A DNA stretch of 64,000 nucleotides from Bacteroidia bacterium (GCA_026391215.1 JAPLDX010000056.1:64001-128000), one strand, 5' to 3'; shown: positions 17,365-28,126, counted from the first letter of the stretch. The notes: generated by a model from the sequence alone, not told the origin. Translations and numbers: made by a program.

Positions 17365-17391
17365 TTTTGATTTAATAACATCATAATCAGT

Positions 17392-17465
17392 AAAGTTATG
17401 TAAAAATTCCCGGTTTTTTTATATCATTTTCCAAATTTTGACAAACAGGCATTTTAAGGATATAA
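17392..17465 (-). promoter_or_regulatory. Putative promoter, copy 2 of the duplicated motif
   Basis: Equal-length match to 14456-14529; TAACTTTA -7-like element 27 bp upstream of the start codon. Confidence 0.55.
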
Positions 17466-17553
17466 TGAATTACTATCAGGAGACAAACGTTTTAACAGGT
17501 GAGAGGGGGTTACTCCCTCACTTCGTTTGGGCATGATCCCCTGCGAGTAACCA

Positions 17554-18026
<473 letters not shown>

Positions 18027-18094
18027 AATATTCCTATTATGCTGAGAGCGACAAAAATAGATAATCGCGTATTAAGTGCAAAATAAATATCAAC

Positions 18095-20377
18095 TTATTT
18101 CAGCCCTTTGAACGTATCAATGACCTGTCTGAAATTCTCCAGTGTCTCCTCATCAAAATCAGTTAACTTGATCACTCCCGATTTGACTTCCGCCAGGAAT
18201 TTTGAGAACATGAAATTACGCGGCATATCCTTTTCAGATACGTACTCAGAGTTGGCAATTGTTATCCCTTGCCTGTTCTTTAAAATAAAATTCTTGAAAT
18301 CAAGAGTCGATAAAAGATCCTCCGCATTATAAAATGTTCCAGGTATGCTTATTATCATGTTGCGTCCGCTGTTGTCAGTTTTAAATACTGTCTCCTTTAA
18401 AACTTCTCTCATTTTATTCTCCTGCTCATTTTCAAAAAGAAGGACAGCAAAATCGAGTCCCCATCCCATGAGGATATTGCATAACAGCGGTATGGAAGAG
18501 ACATTTGTGGAAGGAATTACACTGATCTTCCCCCTGAATCCGGTAAGAATGATAATTGCGTTCAGTATATAAAATGATCCGGTATCGTTAACGATCAGAT
18601 TGAATTTCTTTGATGAGAATCCTTCACTGGCTGCCGGATTGCCGAGTATGCTCTGCAATGGAGAAAGAGTATCAGGGGAGGCTGCGGAAAGCTGAAAAGG
18701 ATCAAGTATACGGGTAGCGCTCCTGAGACTGTCAAGGTCATCCCTCTGTGCAGCCAGCACCCGGTGAAGCTTATTGATCTCTACAAGATGAGGAGAATGA
18801 GTAGTATAGATAACCTGGATCGTGTCCTTTATATCCTCGAATACCTTTAGTACATCCTCCTGTGCCCTGGCATGGAGACTCACGCCCGGTTCATCCACAA
18901 GCAGCACCATCTGCTTGTTTATATTTGCCGCTGCCTTAAGCTCCATATAGAACGATAAAAACCATCGTACTCCACGGCTCCTCTGCTTTGGATAGAGCCT
19001 CTCCCCTTCATCCTTGATCCAGAATTCGAGATATGGTTTGCCCGCTTTGTCCCCGTAAGCAGCGCTGTAATGATCCAGCTCAAACTGAATGTGTATCTTG
19101 TTATTGCGTCCTATTGATTGCTGCCAGAAGTCCTGGAAATTGCGGGTAAGCGTATTATTCAAATTCTCAATTTTCTGTTTCAGGATACGGCTGGAAGGCT
19201 GCTGGAAAAAGGAATAGTCAAGCTGTGCTATGGAGAGAAAATTACGGGCAGCTTTATAACCTTCAACCTGGTCATTGCCTGTGATTATATCCTCCATATC
19301 GATCCTGTTGGGCAAAAGGCTTCCGAAATCTTCAAACAATTCGAAAACCGGACAATACTCAAAATATTTTCTGCCAAGTATCTCGCTGTTATACTGCGAT
19401 TTATAAGACTGTATTATTTCATTGACCTTTTTTTCCGCTTCTTCCTCTGTGCTCCCTGCCATAATATAACCTGACAAAGCTATGTGTCTGTCGAGCTCAG
19501 CTTTTTTAAGATCCCTTTCACTCCTTGTTTTCCTGTAATCATTAAGGGTGCTTCTCCATTCCTGGTCGTCCTCATCATCAACAGGTCTCATTAGCAGTGT
19601 CATCTTCTGATGCCTCTCCTCAAGCTTGACTGATAATTCTGCCAGATGGTTATCAAGCATTATGAATTTGTCAAATAATTTATGCCAGGTTTCGCCGGCT
19701 TTTTTCATGGATTGTTTTCCAAGGAGATCAGCAGATATTTGCTCCTTCTTTCTTCTTATCTCTGCCAGTTGATTCTTTAAATCCGCAGTCAGACCGTCCG
19801 TCACAGAATCTGATTCAGCTGTTTTCTTCCCAAACCACAAGAAGCCTTTCGACTTGCTTTCATGAGGCTGTATCTTTGATTTTATTTCTGATTCCTGAGC
19901 TGCAAGTCCGGTAAGTTTCTTTTCGTTTTCGCTGATAATGCTTAACTCCTGTTCAAGCTTGACAGTGACATCTCCAAGATAGATCCTCCATGCATCCTCA
20001 AGGGAATCAAGATACTGGCTTATCTCCCCGCTGACAATGATGACCGAGGACAGATCGGCGATCCATACCCTGGTAAGCTCAATATGGGTAAGCCCCGAGA
20101 GAAGCTCCTTAAGCTCTGTCCCTGGATTATCAGTAACCTTCAGAAGCCACCCCTCAGGAATGCTGAACCGGCAGCTGACTTCCGGGAGCGAGAGGTCGCT
20201 GCGCAGAATATCCTCAGAAATTATCCCGGTATAAAACACTTTCATTGCTTCAAGAACGGATGTTTTTCCCGATTCATTCTGCCCAATAAGACAGGTAATA
20301 TTATCGGGTGACAGCGATTGCCATCCAGTATCGACTATTGAACGGAAATTCCTGATCCTGAAAGCTGTAAGCTTCAT
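18095..20377 (-). CDS. OLD/AAA_15-like ABC-type ATPase with coiled-coil insertion and degenerate TOPRIM-like C-terminus
   Basis: IRNFRSI start, Walker A GQNESGKT, Walker B LLVDEP, TTHSPH switch; long helical insert. Confidence 0.8.
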   Translation of the reverse strand: MKLTAFRIRNFRSIVDTGWQSLSPDNITCLIGQNESGKTSVLEAMKVFYTGIISEDILRSDLSLPEVSCRFSIPEGWLLKVTDNPGTELKELLSGLTHIELTRVWIADLSSVIIVSGEISQYLDSLEDAWRIYLGDVTVKLEQELSIISENEKKLTGLAAQESEIKSKIQPHESKSKGFLWFGKKTAESDSVTDGLTADLKNQLAEIRRKKEQISADLLGKQSMKKAGETWHKLFDKFIMLDNHLAELSVKLEERHQKMTLLMRPVDDEDDQEWRSTLNDYRKTRSERDLKKAELDRHIALSGYIMAGSTEEEAEKKVNEIIQSYKSQYNSEILGRKYFEYCPVFELFEDFGSLLPNRIDMEDIITGNDQVEGYKAARNFLSIAQLDYSFFQQPSSRILKQKIENLNNTLTRNFQDFWQQSIGRNNKIHIQFELDHYSAAYGDKAGKPYLEFWIKDEGERLYPKQRSRGVRWFLSFYMELKAAANINKQMVLLVDEPGVSLHARAQEDVLKVFEDIKDTIQVIYTTHSPHLVEINKLHRVLAAQRDDLDSLRSATRILDPFQLSAASPDTLSPLQSILGNPAASEGFSSKKFNLIVNDTGSFYILNAIIILTGFRGKISVIPSTNVSSIPLLCNILMGWGLDFAVLLFENEQENKMREVLKETVFKTDNSGRNMIISIPGTFYNAEDLLSTLDFKNFILKNRQGITIANSEYVSEKDMPRNFMFSKFLAEVKSGVIKLTDFDEETLENFRQVIDTFKGLK

Positions 20378-20391
20378 AGTTACTAAAACAG

Positions 20392-21219
20392 TTATATTTG
20401 AAAGCCAAAAATCAGAACGTCATCAATCTGCTGGGTGTTTCCCTTCCAATCATTAAATGTGCTCCTTAGGATATCTCTCTGCTGCGCCATAGAATGTCCT
20501 GCCATTGATATTATCACCCTTTTTAAATGCTTGTGTTTGAATTTCTTATCGGTAATTTCGCCGAACTGGTCCGCAAATCCGTCAGAGAAGAGGTAAAATG
20601 AATCTCCATGTTCAGTGTCTATAATCACATTTGTAAAGGGTTGTTCTGCCAGCGGTGCCAGGCCGATTGTCATTTTGTCGGCTTTAAATTCATCCAGTTC
20701 GCCGTTCCTCATTCTTATAAGTGGCCTGTTTGCGCCAGAATACTGGAATTTACCGGTCCTGTAGTCAATAATGCATAATCCGATATCAATGCTGTCCTTA
20801 GTTACTGCCCTCTCTCCTGTCTGATGCAGGGCTTTCATCACCTTTTCCCTCATCAGGTTCAGAATCCTGTTCGCTTTGGGATCGCTCTTTGACTGGACTA
20901 TCTCGTTAAGGAAGCTGATCCCAAGGATGCTGAGAAGGGCACCAGGCACCCCATGACCTGTGCAATCCCCGGCAGCGACAAACAAATGCTGACGATTACT
21001 GAATGTATAATAGAAATCTCCACTGACAATATCACGCGGCAGAAAAAGAACAAAATAATCTTTAAAGAGCCCCTTAAGTGATTCGGGATCAGGCATTAAA
21101 GCTTTTTGAATAATTCCTGCATACCGGAGGCTTGCCATATGATCATCCATCCCCTGGTTTTGAATCAGGGAAATAATATCTGAATTATGCTGAGCCTTGA
21201 CAGTCATCACATTACCCAA
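20392..21219 (-). CDS. Stand-alone SpoIIE/PP2C-type Ser/Thr phosphatase
   Basis: IVSGDFY, DCTGHGVPGA, FSDGFADQFG and QIDDV motifs. Confidence 0.9.
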   Translation of the reverse strand: MGNVMTVKAQHNSDIISLIQNQGMDDHMASLRYAGIIQKALMPDPESLKGLFKDYFVLFLPRDIVSGDFYYTFSNRQHLFVAAGDCTGHGVPGALLSILGISFLNEIVQSKSDPKANRILNLMREKVMKALHQTGERAVTKDSIDIGLCIIDYRTGKFQYSGANRPLIRMRNGELDEFKADKMTIGLAPLAEQPFTNVIIDTEHGDSFYLFSDGFADQFGEITDKKFKHKHLKRVIISMAGHSMAQQRDILRSTFNDWKGNTQQIDDVLIFGFQI

Positions 21220-21231
21220 TAAGGCAAGAAT

Positions 21232-22692
21232 TTAAAGATACATTAATTTATTTTGCCCCGCAACAGGATGAAGGCCATTTACCTTTTCCTTGTTTCCCAG
21301 GAGGACTATATTTTCGACATGATGAGTCTGGGGAAACATATCCACCGGCTGTACACGGTTGACATTGAATTTTTCAGAAAGCAGCAATATGTCACGCGCC
21401 TGGGTCGATGGATTACAACTTATATAAACGATTTTCTGAGGCGCTGCTGTAAGGATTTTTTTCACCACATCCTCATGCATTCCGACCCTCGGCGGATCAG
21501 TTATTATTACATCCGGATACCCGCATTTCTCCATGAACTCTTCAGACAGGATATCTTTTATATCCCCTGCATAGAATTCCGTATTTCTGATATTGTTCAT
21601 GGATGAATTTGCCATCGCGTCCCTGACCACCTCTTCAATATATTCAATACCAATCACTTTACCAGCTTTTGATGCTATGAAATTTGCAATTGTGCCTGTC
21701 CCCGTATAAAGGTCATATACAATCTCCTTCCCGGTCAATCCTGCCATTTCTGATGCAACACTGTATAATTTAAGCGCTTGTCTGGTGTTAGTCTGATAAA
21801 ACGACTTTGGACCTATTCTGAACTTCAATCCGTTCATCTCCTCAACAAGATGGTCTTCACCTTTATACAGTACCGGATTCTGATCAGCAAGAGAATCATT
21901 CTTCTTTGAATTGATCACATAAAAGAGAGATCTTATCTGAGGAAATTCTGTCGCCAGGTGATCAAGAAGAGCCTCTCTCCTCTCAGGTTCATCATGGAAA
22001 AAAACTACAATGACCATTACCTTACCGTCCATCGAATTGCGTATGACCAGGTTCCTGAGAAAACCTGACTGCTGGCGGAGATTAAAAAAGCGGTAACAGT
22101 TTTTATGAGCAAACTTCCTTACTGCATCACGTATAGCGTTTGATGGCTCAGGTTGAAGATGACACTCCCTGATATCCAGCACTTTATCAAATAATCCCGG
22201 AATATGAAATCCCAGTGCATCCTCTTTTTCATAATCATGATCCGAGCTTACCTCCTCCTTTGTCAGCCATCGCTTGTCGGAAAAAGTGTATTCCAGCTTA
22301 TTCCTGTAATTATACTCTTCCGAAGATCCGATAATCGGACTAATTTCCGGCAATTCCACTTTGCCGATACGCGTAAGGTTATCCACAACCTGTTTTTCCT
22401 TATAATGCAGCTGAAGATGATACGGGAGGTGCTGCCATTTGCATCCTCCGCAGACTCCGAAATGTCTGCAGAGTGGTTTTATCCTGTCAGCAGAATAATT
22501 ATGGAACCGGACAACTCTTCCTTCCAGGTATTTCTTTCTTTTCCTGACGACTTTGATATCAACAACATCTCCCGGGACCAGCATCGGTACGAACACCACC
22601 TGGTTATTTACCCTGGCCAGCGAATTTCCTTCCGATCCAATATCGGTTATTGTGACTTTCTCAAGCAGGGGCAGCTCTTTCTTCCTTCCCAT
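21232..22692 (-). CDS. rlmD: 23S rRNA (uracil-C5)-methyltransferase RlmD
   Basis: TRAM N-terminus, CRHFGVCGGC Fe-S motif, SFYQTN, DLYTGTG, DPPR, YISCNP, DMFPQTHHVE. Confidence 0.93.
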   Translation of the reverse strand: MGRKKELPLLEKVTITDIGSEGNSLARVNNQVVFVPMLVPGDVVDIKVVRKRKKYLEGRVVRFHNYSADRIKPLCRHFGVCGGCKWQHLPYHLQLHYKEKQVVDNLTRIGKVELPEISPIIGSSEEYNYRNKLEYTFSDKRWLTKEEVSSDHDYEKEDALGFHIPGLFDKVLDIRECHLQPEPSNAIRDAVRKFAHKNCYRFFNLRQQSGFLRNLVIRNSMDGKVMVIVVFFHDEPERREALLDHLATEFPQIRSLFYVINSKKNDSLADQNPVLYKGEDHLVEEMNGLKFRIGPKSFYQTNTRQALKLYSVASEMAGLTGKEIVYDLYTGTGTIANFIASKAGKVIGIEYIEEVVRDAMANSSMNNIRNTEFYAGDIKDILSEEFMEKCGYPDVIITDPPRVGMHEDVVKKILTAAPQKIVYISCNPSTQARDILLLSEKFNVNRVQPVDMFPQTHHVENIVLLGNKEKVNGLHPVAGQNKLMYL

Positions 22693-22722
22693 TTTCGTTT
22701 TATTAATCAGATCAGGGAGGAA

Positions 22723-23955
22723 TTACTGATCTCTGAGGTTAATAATAAACATAAGCCCCTTAATCATGCATGGTAAGGTTGCATCACCGTGATCCAGTCC
22801 TGGAAATGTGACTTTTGTGCACATATCCGAAGATGTACCTGCACTGATCATAGCATCATACATTGAGTGCGTTGCAGTCACATTGACGTCAGCATCATCT
22901 TCTCCATGAACAAATAATATCGGCTTATCCGAATTCCATGCAGCCACACTGTTGCTTATAAGAGATTCACGTACAGATGAGTACGCTGGAGAGGAAGCGA
23001 ATCCGGAAATAAAATCTGCTTTGAATAATTCGGGTATTGATGTTGAAAGCTGGCTATTGATCTGACCTCCGGTAAGTGACCCGGTGTATAAAGTACTCAG
23101 CCTGGAAGCATAAGGTTCATTCAGAATATCTGAAACAGCATTTGTGAACTGGTCATAGTGAGAATAAGCATTGATTATATAACCCAGATAATATGGCACA
23201 GGGTAATATGTTGTATCTGTAAGTCCCTGAAGCAGTTTATAAATGTCGTAAGGACCTGCACCGCATACGCTGCCACGAAGATCAAAATCATCATTATAAT
23301 CCAGCTCCAGTGCTTTATGAATAGCCAATGTAGCCCATCCTCCCTGCGAGTATCCCAGAAGGTAATATTCATTTCTGGTCGTGATTCCCGTATACTCAAG
23401 TTCACAGCTTTCATCAAGAGCATAAAGCATATCAACTACAGACCTGATCGTTGGCTCAGCAATAAGGTAAGGATGAGGTATTTGCTTTGATCTGCCGAAT
23501 CCGGGATAATCAGGGATGACAACTATAAATCCCATGGAAGCTATATACTCAATCAGCTGGTAAGATGGATTAACAACATATTCGCTCGGAGCATACGCAT
23601 TGAATGTATTTGTCCCGTTTTGGAAGCTCACCACAGGGTATTCACCCGGGGTTACAGGAACGCAAACCAGGCCCGAGGCTTCAATTTCCTCACCGAAAAC
23701 TTCCGTTCTGTAGACCATTTTATAGACATTTACATCGCTTTCAATGAATTGTTTCATATCCTCCAGCTCCGGATATGCCTGAACACCGCTATTCAGCATA
23801 TTATTTATCGATGTTGTTGTGTATGTTACTGCAAGCTCCTTTGAGATAAAATAATCATAATCAGGTCCATCGTCACTCTTCCTGCAGGAGTTAACAATTA
23901 CTAAAAATGCAGAAGAAAATAGTAAAAGCTTTAAAATATGCTTATTGGTTTTCAT
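22723..23955 (-). CDS. Alpha/beta-hydrolase lipoprotein (secretory lipase-like)
   Basis: Lipobox VNSC; PDYPGFG; GYSQGG nucleophile motif; HGEDDADV; LDH. Start at 23955 or 23970 rather than 24012. Confidence 0.82.
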   Translation of the reverse strand: MKTNKHILKLLLFSSAFLVIVNSCRKSDDGPDYDYFISKELAVTYTTTSINNMLNSGVQAYPELEDMKQFIESDVNVYKMVYRTEVFGEEIEASGLVCVPVTPGEYPVVSFQNGTNTFNAYAPSEYVVNPSYQLIEYIASMGFIVVIPDYPGFGRSKQIPHPYLIAEPTIRSVVDMLYALDESCELEYTGITTRNEYYLLGYSQGGWATLAIHKALELDYNDDFDLRGSVCGAGPYDIYKLLQGLTDTTYYPVPYYLGYIINAYSHYDQFTNAVSDILNEPYASRLSTLYTGSLTGGQINSQLSTSIPELFKADFISGFASSPAYSSVRESLISNSVAAWNSDKPILFVHGEDDADVNVTATHSMYDAMISAGTSSDMCTKVTFPGLDHGDATLPCMIKGLMFIINLRDQ

Positions 23956-24030
23956 TTTTATATTATTCATCCGGCAGCAAAGATAATTCTTCCCGGTGAA
24001 CCTTCTGTTCAAAGGGTGGTATACTTTTTC

Positions 24031-24038
24031 TATATTTG
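24031..24038 (+). promoter_or_regulatory. Bacteroidota primary-sigma -7 element
   Basis: TATATTTG (TAnnTTTG) 16 bp upstream of the ABC-F ATG at 24055. Confidence 0.6.
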
Positions 24039-24054
24039 CGTCAGTTTTAATAAT

Positions 24055-25998
24055 ATGGTTTCGGTTCAGAATCTCACGGTATCATTTGGAAGCTTTGATC
24101 TGCTGACTAATATTTCATTCCTTATCAATGATCAGGATCGAATAGGGCTTGCCGGCAAGAACGGATCAGGAAAATCAACACTCCTCAACGTGATAGCCGG
24201 ACATCAGAGTCCGACATCTGGAATGGTTGATATGTCAAAGGATGTGACTATCGGATATCTGCCGCAGCAGATGAAGGTGGATGACACCACTACAGTGATG
24301 AATGAGGTTCTTACTTCATTCGCCGAGATCAGAGGACTTTCCGGAGAGATTGAACAGTGCACCGCCGAAATATCATCAAGGGACGACTACGAATCTGTGG
24401 AATACCTTAATCTTTGTGATCATCTTACAGTCATTGATGAAAGATTCAGAATGCTGGGGGGGAACAATTACCTGGCCGAGGCAGAAAAGACTCTTGCAGG
24501 ATTGGGATTTGAGCGCAGTGACTTTGACAGGCCTACCCTGGAGATGAGCGGAGGCTGGAGGATGAGGATTGAGCTTGCAAAAGTTCTTCTCAGAAAACCA
24601 TCCCTGTTTCTGCTTGATGAGCCTACAAATCATCTTGATATTGAATCAATTCAATGGCTTGAAACATTTCTTGCAGGTTACCCTGGGGCAGTGGTTCTTG
24701 TATCACACGACAGGGCATTCCTGGACAATGTCACCGCACGGACGATTGAGATATCCCTTGGCAATATATATGATTACAAAGCATCCTGGTCTAAGTATAT
24801 TGAGCTAAGAAAAGAAAGAAGGGAACAACAGCTGGCTGCATACAGGAATCAGAAAAAGATGATTGAGGATACCGAGAAATTCATTGAGCGTTTCCGTTAT
24901 AAGGCAACAAAAGCTGTTCAGGTTCAATCAAAGATCAAACAGCTGAACAAGGTGGACCGTCTAGAGGTCGATGATGAAGACAACAGTGCAATGAACCTGA
25001 GGTTCCCGCCATCTCCCCGTTCGGGGACCACAGTGGTCGAAGCAGAAGTCCTTTCCAAAAGCTTCGGCTCTCTTAATGTTCTGAAGAAAATCGATTTCAA
25101 GATTCACAGGGGAGAGAAGGTCGCCTTTGTAGGCAGAAATGGCGAAGGCAAAACGACATTTTCAAAAATAATAATCGGAGAACATGATTATGAAGGCTCC
25201 CTGAAGATAGGTCATAATGTCAGCATAGGATATTTTGCCCAGAACCAGGACGAGCTGCTTGACGGATCCAGAACAGTTCTCCAGACCATAGATGATGTTG
25301 CCAAGGGAGAGATAAGGACAAAGATCCGTGATATGCTCGGAGCTTTTTTATTCCGTGGTGATGATATTGATAAGAAGGTCAGGGTGCTGTCAGGTGGGGA
25401 GAGGTCAAGACTTGCCCTTGTCAGGCTTCTGCTCGAGCCTCACAATCTCCTTGTGCTTGATGAGCCGACAAATCATCTCGATATGCGGTCAAAAGATATC
25501 CTTAAACAAGCACTGATAAAATACGATGGCACACTAATTGTGGTTTCGCATGACAGGGATTTTCTGAACGGAATCACAAGCAAAGTTTTCGAGTTCAGAA
25601 ATAATAAGATAAAGGAAAATACAGGAAGCATTTATGATTTTCTGCGTAAAAAGAAGATTGACAACCTGAGGGAAATTGAAAGAAAAGATGCCAGGAAGAG
25701 TGAGTCCCGGAATGAAGCGACATCAGTCAATAAACAAAAATACCTGGACAAGAAGGAATATGACCGAAACCTCAGAAAATTGAGAAGAAGACTTGAAGAA
25801 TCAGAAAAAGAGATTGAAAGGATTGAAGGTGATATTTCTGAACTCGACAAGATAATGGGCTTGCCTGATAAACCCGCCTCAGAAATGCAGGAATTTTACA
25901 GCAGGTACCAGGAGCTTAAGGAGGAGCATAATGAAGAAATGAACAGGTGGGCACAATATACGCATGAGGTTGAAGTTTTCTTACAAAACAATGGTTGA
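24055..25998 (+). CDS. ABC-F family ATP-binding protein
   Basis: Two ABC cassettes (GKNGSGKST/MSGGW/LLDEPTNHLD and GRNGEGKT/LSGGE/LDEPTNHLD), no TM segments, C-terminal coiled coil; start moved to MVSVQN. Confidence 0.93.
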   Translation: MVSVQNLTVSFGSFDLLTNISFLINDQDRIGLAGKNGSGKSTLLNVIAGHQSPTSGMVDMSKDVTIGYLPQQMKVDDTTTVMNEVLTSFAEIRGLSGEIEQCTAEISSRDDYESVEYLNLCDHLTVIDERFRMLGGNNYLAEAEKTLAGLGFERSDFDRPTLEMSGGWRMRIELAKVLLRKPSLFLLDEPTNHLDIESIQWLETFLAGYPGAVVLVSHDRAFLDNVTARTIEISLGNIYDYKASWSKYIELRKERREQQLAAYRNQKKMIEDTEKFIERFRYKATKAVQVQSKIKQLNKVDRLEVDDEDNSAMNLRFPPSPRSGTTVVEAEVLSKSFGSLNVLKKIDFKIHRGEKVAFVGRNGEGKTTFSKIIIGEHDYEGSLKIGHNVSIGYFAQNQDELLDGSRTVLQTIDDVAKGEIRTKIRDMLGAFLFRGDDIDKKVRVLSGGERSRLALVRLLLEPHNLLVLDEPTNHLDMRSKDILKQALIKYDGTLIVVSHDRDFLNGITSKVFEFRNNKIKENTGSIYDFLRKKKIDNLREIERKDARKSESRNEATSVNKQKYLDKKEYDRNLRKLRRRLEESEKEIERIEGDISELDKIMGLPDKPASEMQEFYSRYQELKEEHNEEMNRWAQYTHEVEVFLQNNG

Positions 25999-26000
25999 AA

Positions 26001-26780
26001 ATGGAACTGCAGCAGCTGGAAAAAGAATATGGCGTGCACGTATATGAAACAGGACCGGACGGAAGGGCAAGTCTGTGGTCACTGTTCAATTATATGCAGG
26101 ATAGTGCTTCAGAGCATGCAGTAAAACTGGGATTTGGAAGAGATGATCTCATGAAAAAGAACCATTTCTGGGTCCTTTCAAGGATGTTCGCGGTTTTTCA
26201 CGAACTGCCTTTCTGGAACGATACCATTATTGTAAAAACATGGCCGTGCGGTACCGACAAGTTTTTCGCAATGAGAAATTATGAGATTAAATTCCCTGGT
26301 GGCAGGGATATTGCTTACGGTTCATCATCATGGCTCATAATCGACCGCACAACTAAGAAAATTCAGAGACCTGACGATACGCTTACACGATATAATTCAG
26401 AATATCAATTAATTAAGCCACCTTTAAGAAGCGCAGTAAAACTTGCTGGAGCATCTAAAAATGGTAGCGTGACAGTAGCCTCAAAAGTAAAGATCAGCGA
26501 TCTCGATATAAACCTTCATACGAATAATGCAAATTATTTCAAATGGGTTACAGACAGCTATGACCTGAATTTCATTCTGACCCATTCACCGCAATCGGCA
26601 GAAATAAATTATCTTGCCGAGTCAATGCATGATGAAGATTTCATTATCAGAACATCAAAAGATGAAGATGACAAAAATATTTTCAACCATTCGGTCTTCA
26701 GGATCAGTGACAACAGGGAACTGTGCAGGTTAAGGATTGAATGGATGGAAGAGAGCAAGAAAAATGAAAATCTGATATGA
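26001..26780 (+). CDS. Acyl-ACP thioesterase
   Basis: Double hot-dog pattern; FWVLSR; SDLDINLHTNNANY. Confidence 0.88.
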   Translation: MELQQLEKEYGVHVYETGPDGRASLWSLFNYMQDSASEHAVKLGFGRDDLMKKNHFWVLSRMFAVFHELPFWNDTIIVKTWPCGTDKFFAMRNYEIKFPGGRDIAYGSSSWLIIDRTTKKIQRPDDTLTRYNSEYQLIKPPLRSAVKLAGASKNGSVTVASKVKISDLDINLHTNNANYFKWVTDSYDLNFILTHSPQSAEINYLAESMHDEDFIIRTSKDEDDKNIFNHSVFRISDNRELCRLRIEWMEESKKNENLI

Positions 26781-28123
26781 ACCCTGACAGAGTATATTTC
26801 CGGAGGATCATGCGTCTGATACCGGCACTTTTCATGCTGCCTGCAATATTTATATCATGCTCAACCGTAAGACAGGCCGCCGTTGATTCCAAGGATCTTT
26901 CTTACCTGTATAATCCTACAAAAAGTTCACTGAATCCGCGTTACAGTGTAACAAATGAATCCGAAAATGAAACCAGGCTGGCTGTAAAGTTCTTTGGTCA
27001 CGAGCTCTATTTTTCAGAAGCAAATCCTCAAGGTGTTCCGATGGCTTCATTGCTTATTACAGTGAAGCTTTTCAGAACTACCCCGCAAAGGATGCTTGCT
27101 GACACTGCTGTTTATAATCTGAGCATTCTCAAGGAGGAGAACAGGCAGGAATATACTTACAGGATCCCCCTTAAAGTACAGCAGGGAGAAGAATACCTGG
27201 CCGAGGTGAAAATCCTTGACAAGGTCAGGCTACAGGTGATCCAGTCATTTATCAATTTCAATACTCTGTCAATTTTCAACAGGTACAATTTCAGGGAACG
27301 GGGACATTTCGGGAAAAATGAAATATTCAATCCTGTCCTCAGGGTTAATGAGTATGTCAACCTGGTTTACCTCAGGGGATACATTGATTCATTGTATATT
27401 TCCTATTATAAACCATATAGTGACATCCCGTATCCCCCATCGATGCTGCTTCCTGAAAAAACAATTGATTACGGACCTGATACCACAATAGCTATCCCTT
27501 ACTCAGATACGATTCCAATGATGTTCCCGCGGCAAGGCATTTATCTGATTAGCACCGGAAGGGACATAAATGAAGGATTTACCTTCCTGAACCTGGGATC
27601 AACTTTCCCTTCAATGACCACACCGGATGTGATGATGGGACCCCTTGCTTATCTTATCAGCGAAAATGAGCTTAATGCCTTACGGGATGCACCCCGGCCT
27701 AAAGTTGCTTTAGATGAATTCTGGATCAAATGCGGCGGTAATGTTGATAAAGCGCGCGAACTTATACGTATCTATTACACACGGGTTCTTTATTCCAATC
27801 AGTATTTCACATCGTATACGGAGGGGTGGCGCACCGACAGGGGCATGATTTATATTATTTATGGACCACCTGATAAGGTTTATAAATCCACAGAAGGTGA
27901 AAGCTGGGGTTACCGTAAGCCGGTAATAAAATCCTCCTGGGGGACCAGGTACAGGGTTAAGGATGAGTATCTCTTTTTCAATTTCAAGAAGAAGCAAAAT
28001 ATTTTTACTGATAACGAATACTATTTAAGCAGGAGTGAAACTCTTGTCACTTTATGGGAACAGGCCATAGCCAGCTGGAAGAAAGGTATTGTTTTCCGTC
28101 TTGATAATCCTGAGGAATTTTAA
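26777..28123 (+). CDS. GWxTD domain-containing lipoprotein
   Basis: EGWRTDRGMIYIIYGPPD; lipobox FISC. Confidence 0.88.
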   Translation: MNPDRVYFRRIMRLIPALFMLPAIFISCSTVRQAAVDSKDLSYLYNPTKSSLNPRYSVTNESENETRLAVKFFGHELYFSEANPQGVPMASLLITVKLFRTTPQRMLADTAVYNLSILKEENRQEYTYRIPLKVQQGEEYLAEVKILDKVRLQVIQSFINFNTLSIFNRYNFRERGHFGKNEIFNPVLRVNEYVNLVYLRGYIDSLYISYYKPYSDIPYPPSMLLPEKTIDYGPDTTIAIPYSDTIPMMFPRQGIYLISTGRDINEGFTFLNLGSTFPSMTTPDVMMGPLAYLISENELNALRDAPRPKVALDEFWIKCGGNVDKARELIRIYYTRVLYSNQYFTSYTEGWRTDRGMIYIIYGPPDKVYKSTEGESWGYRKPVIKSSWGTRYRVKDEYLFFNFKKKQNIFTDNEYYLSRSETLVTLWEQAIASWKKGIVFRLDNPEEF

Positions 28124-28126
28124 AAC

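Noticed and set aside
18095-20377. Gabija or other defined anti-phage system
   Set aside because: No UvrD-like partner or other defence genes are adjacent; the TOPRIM motif looks degenerate; the context is housekeeping.
23938-24054. Extended overlapping N-termini given by the ORF track (also for miaA, meaB, 39594..40085 and 38527..39621)
   Set aside because: Downstream starts give proper signal peptides or domain starts, remove overlaps and leave room for promoters.
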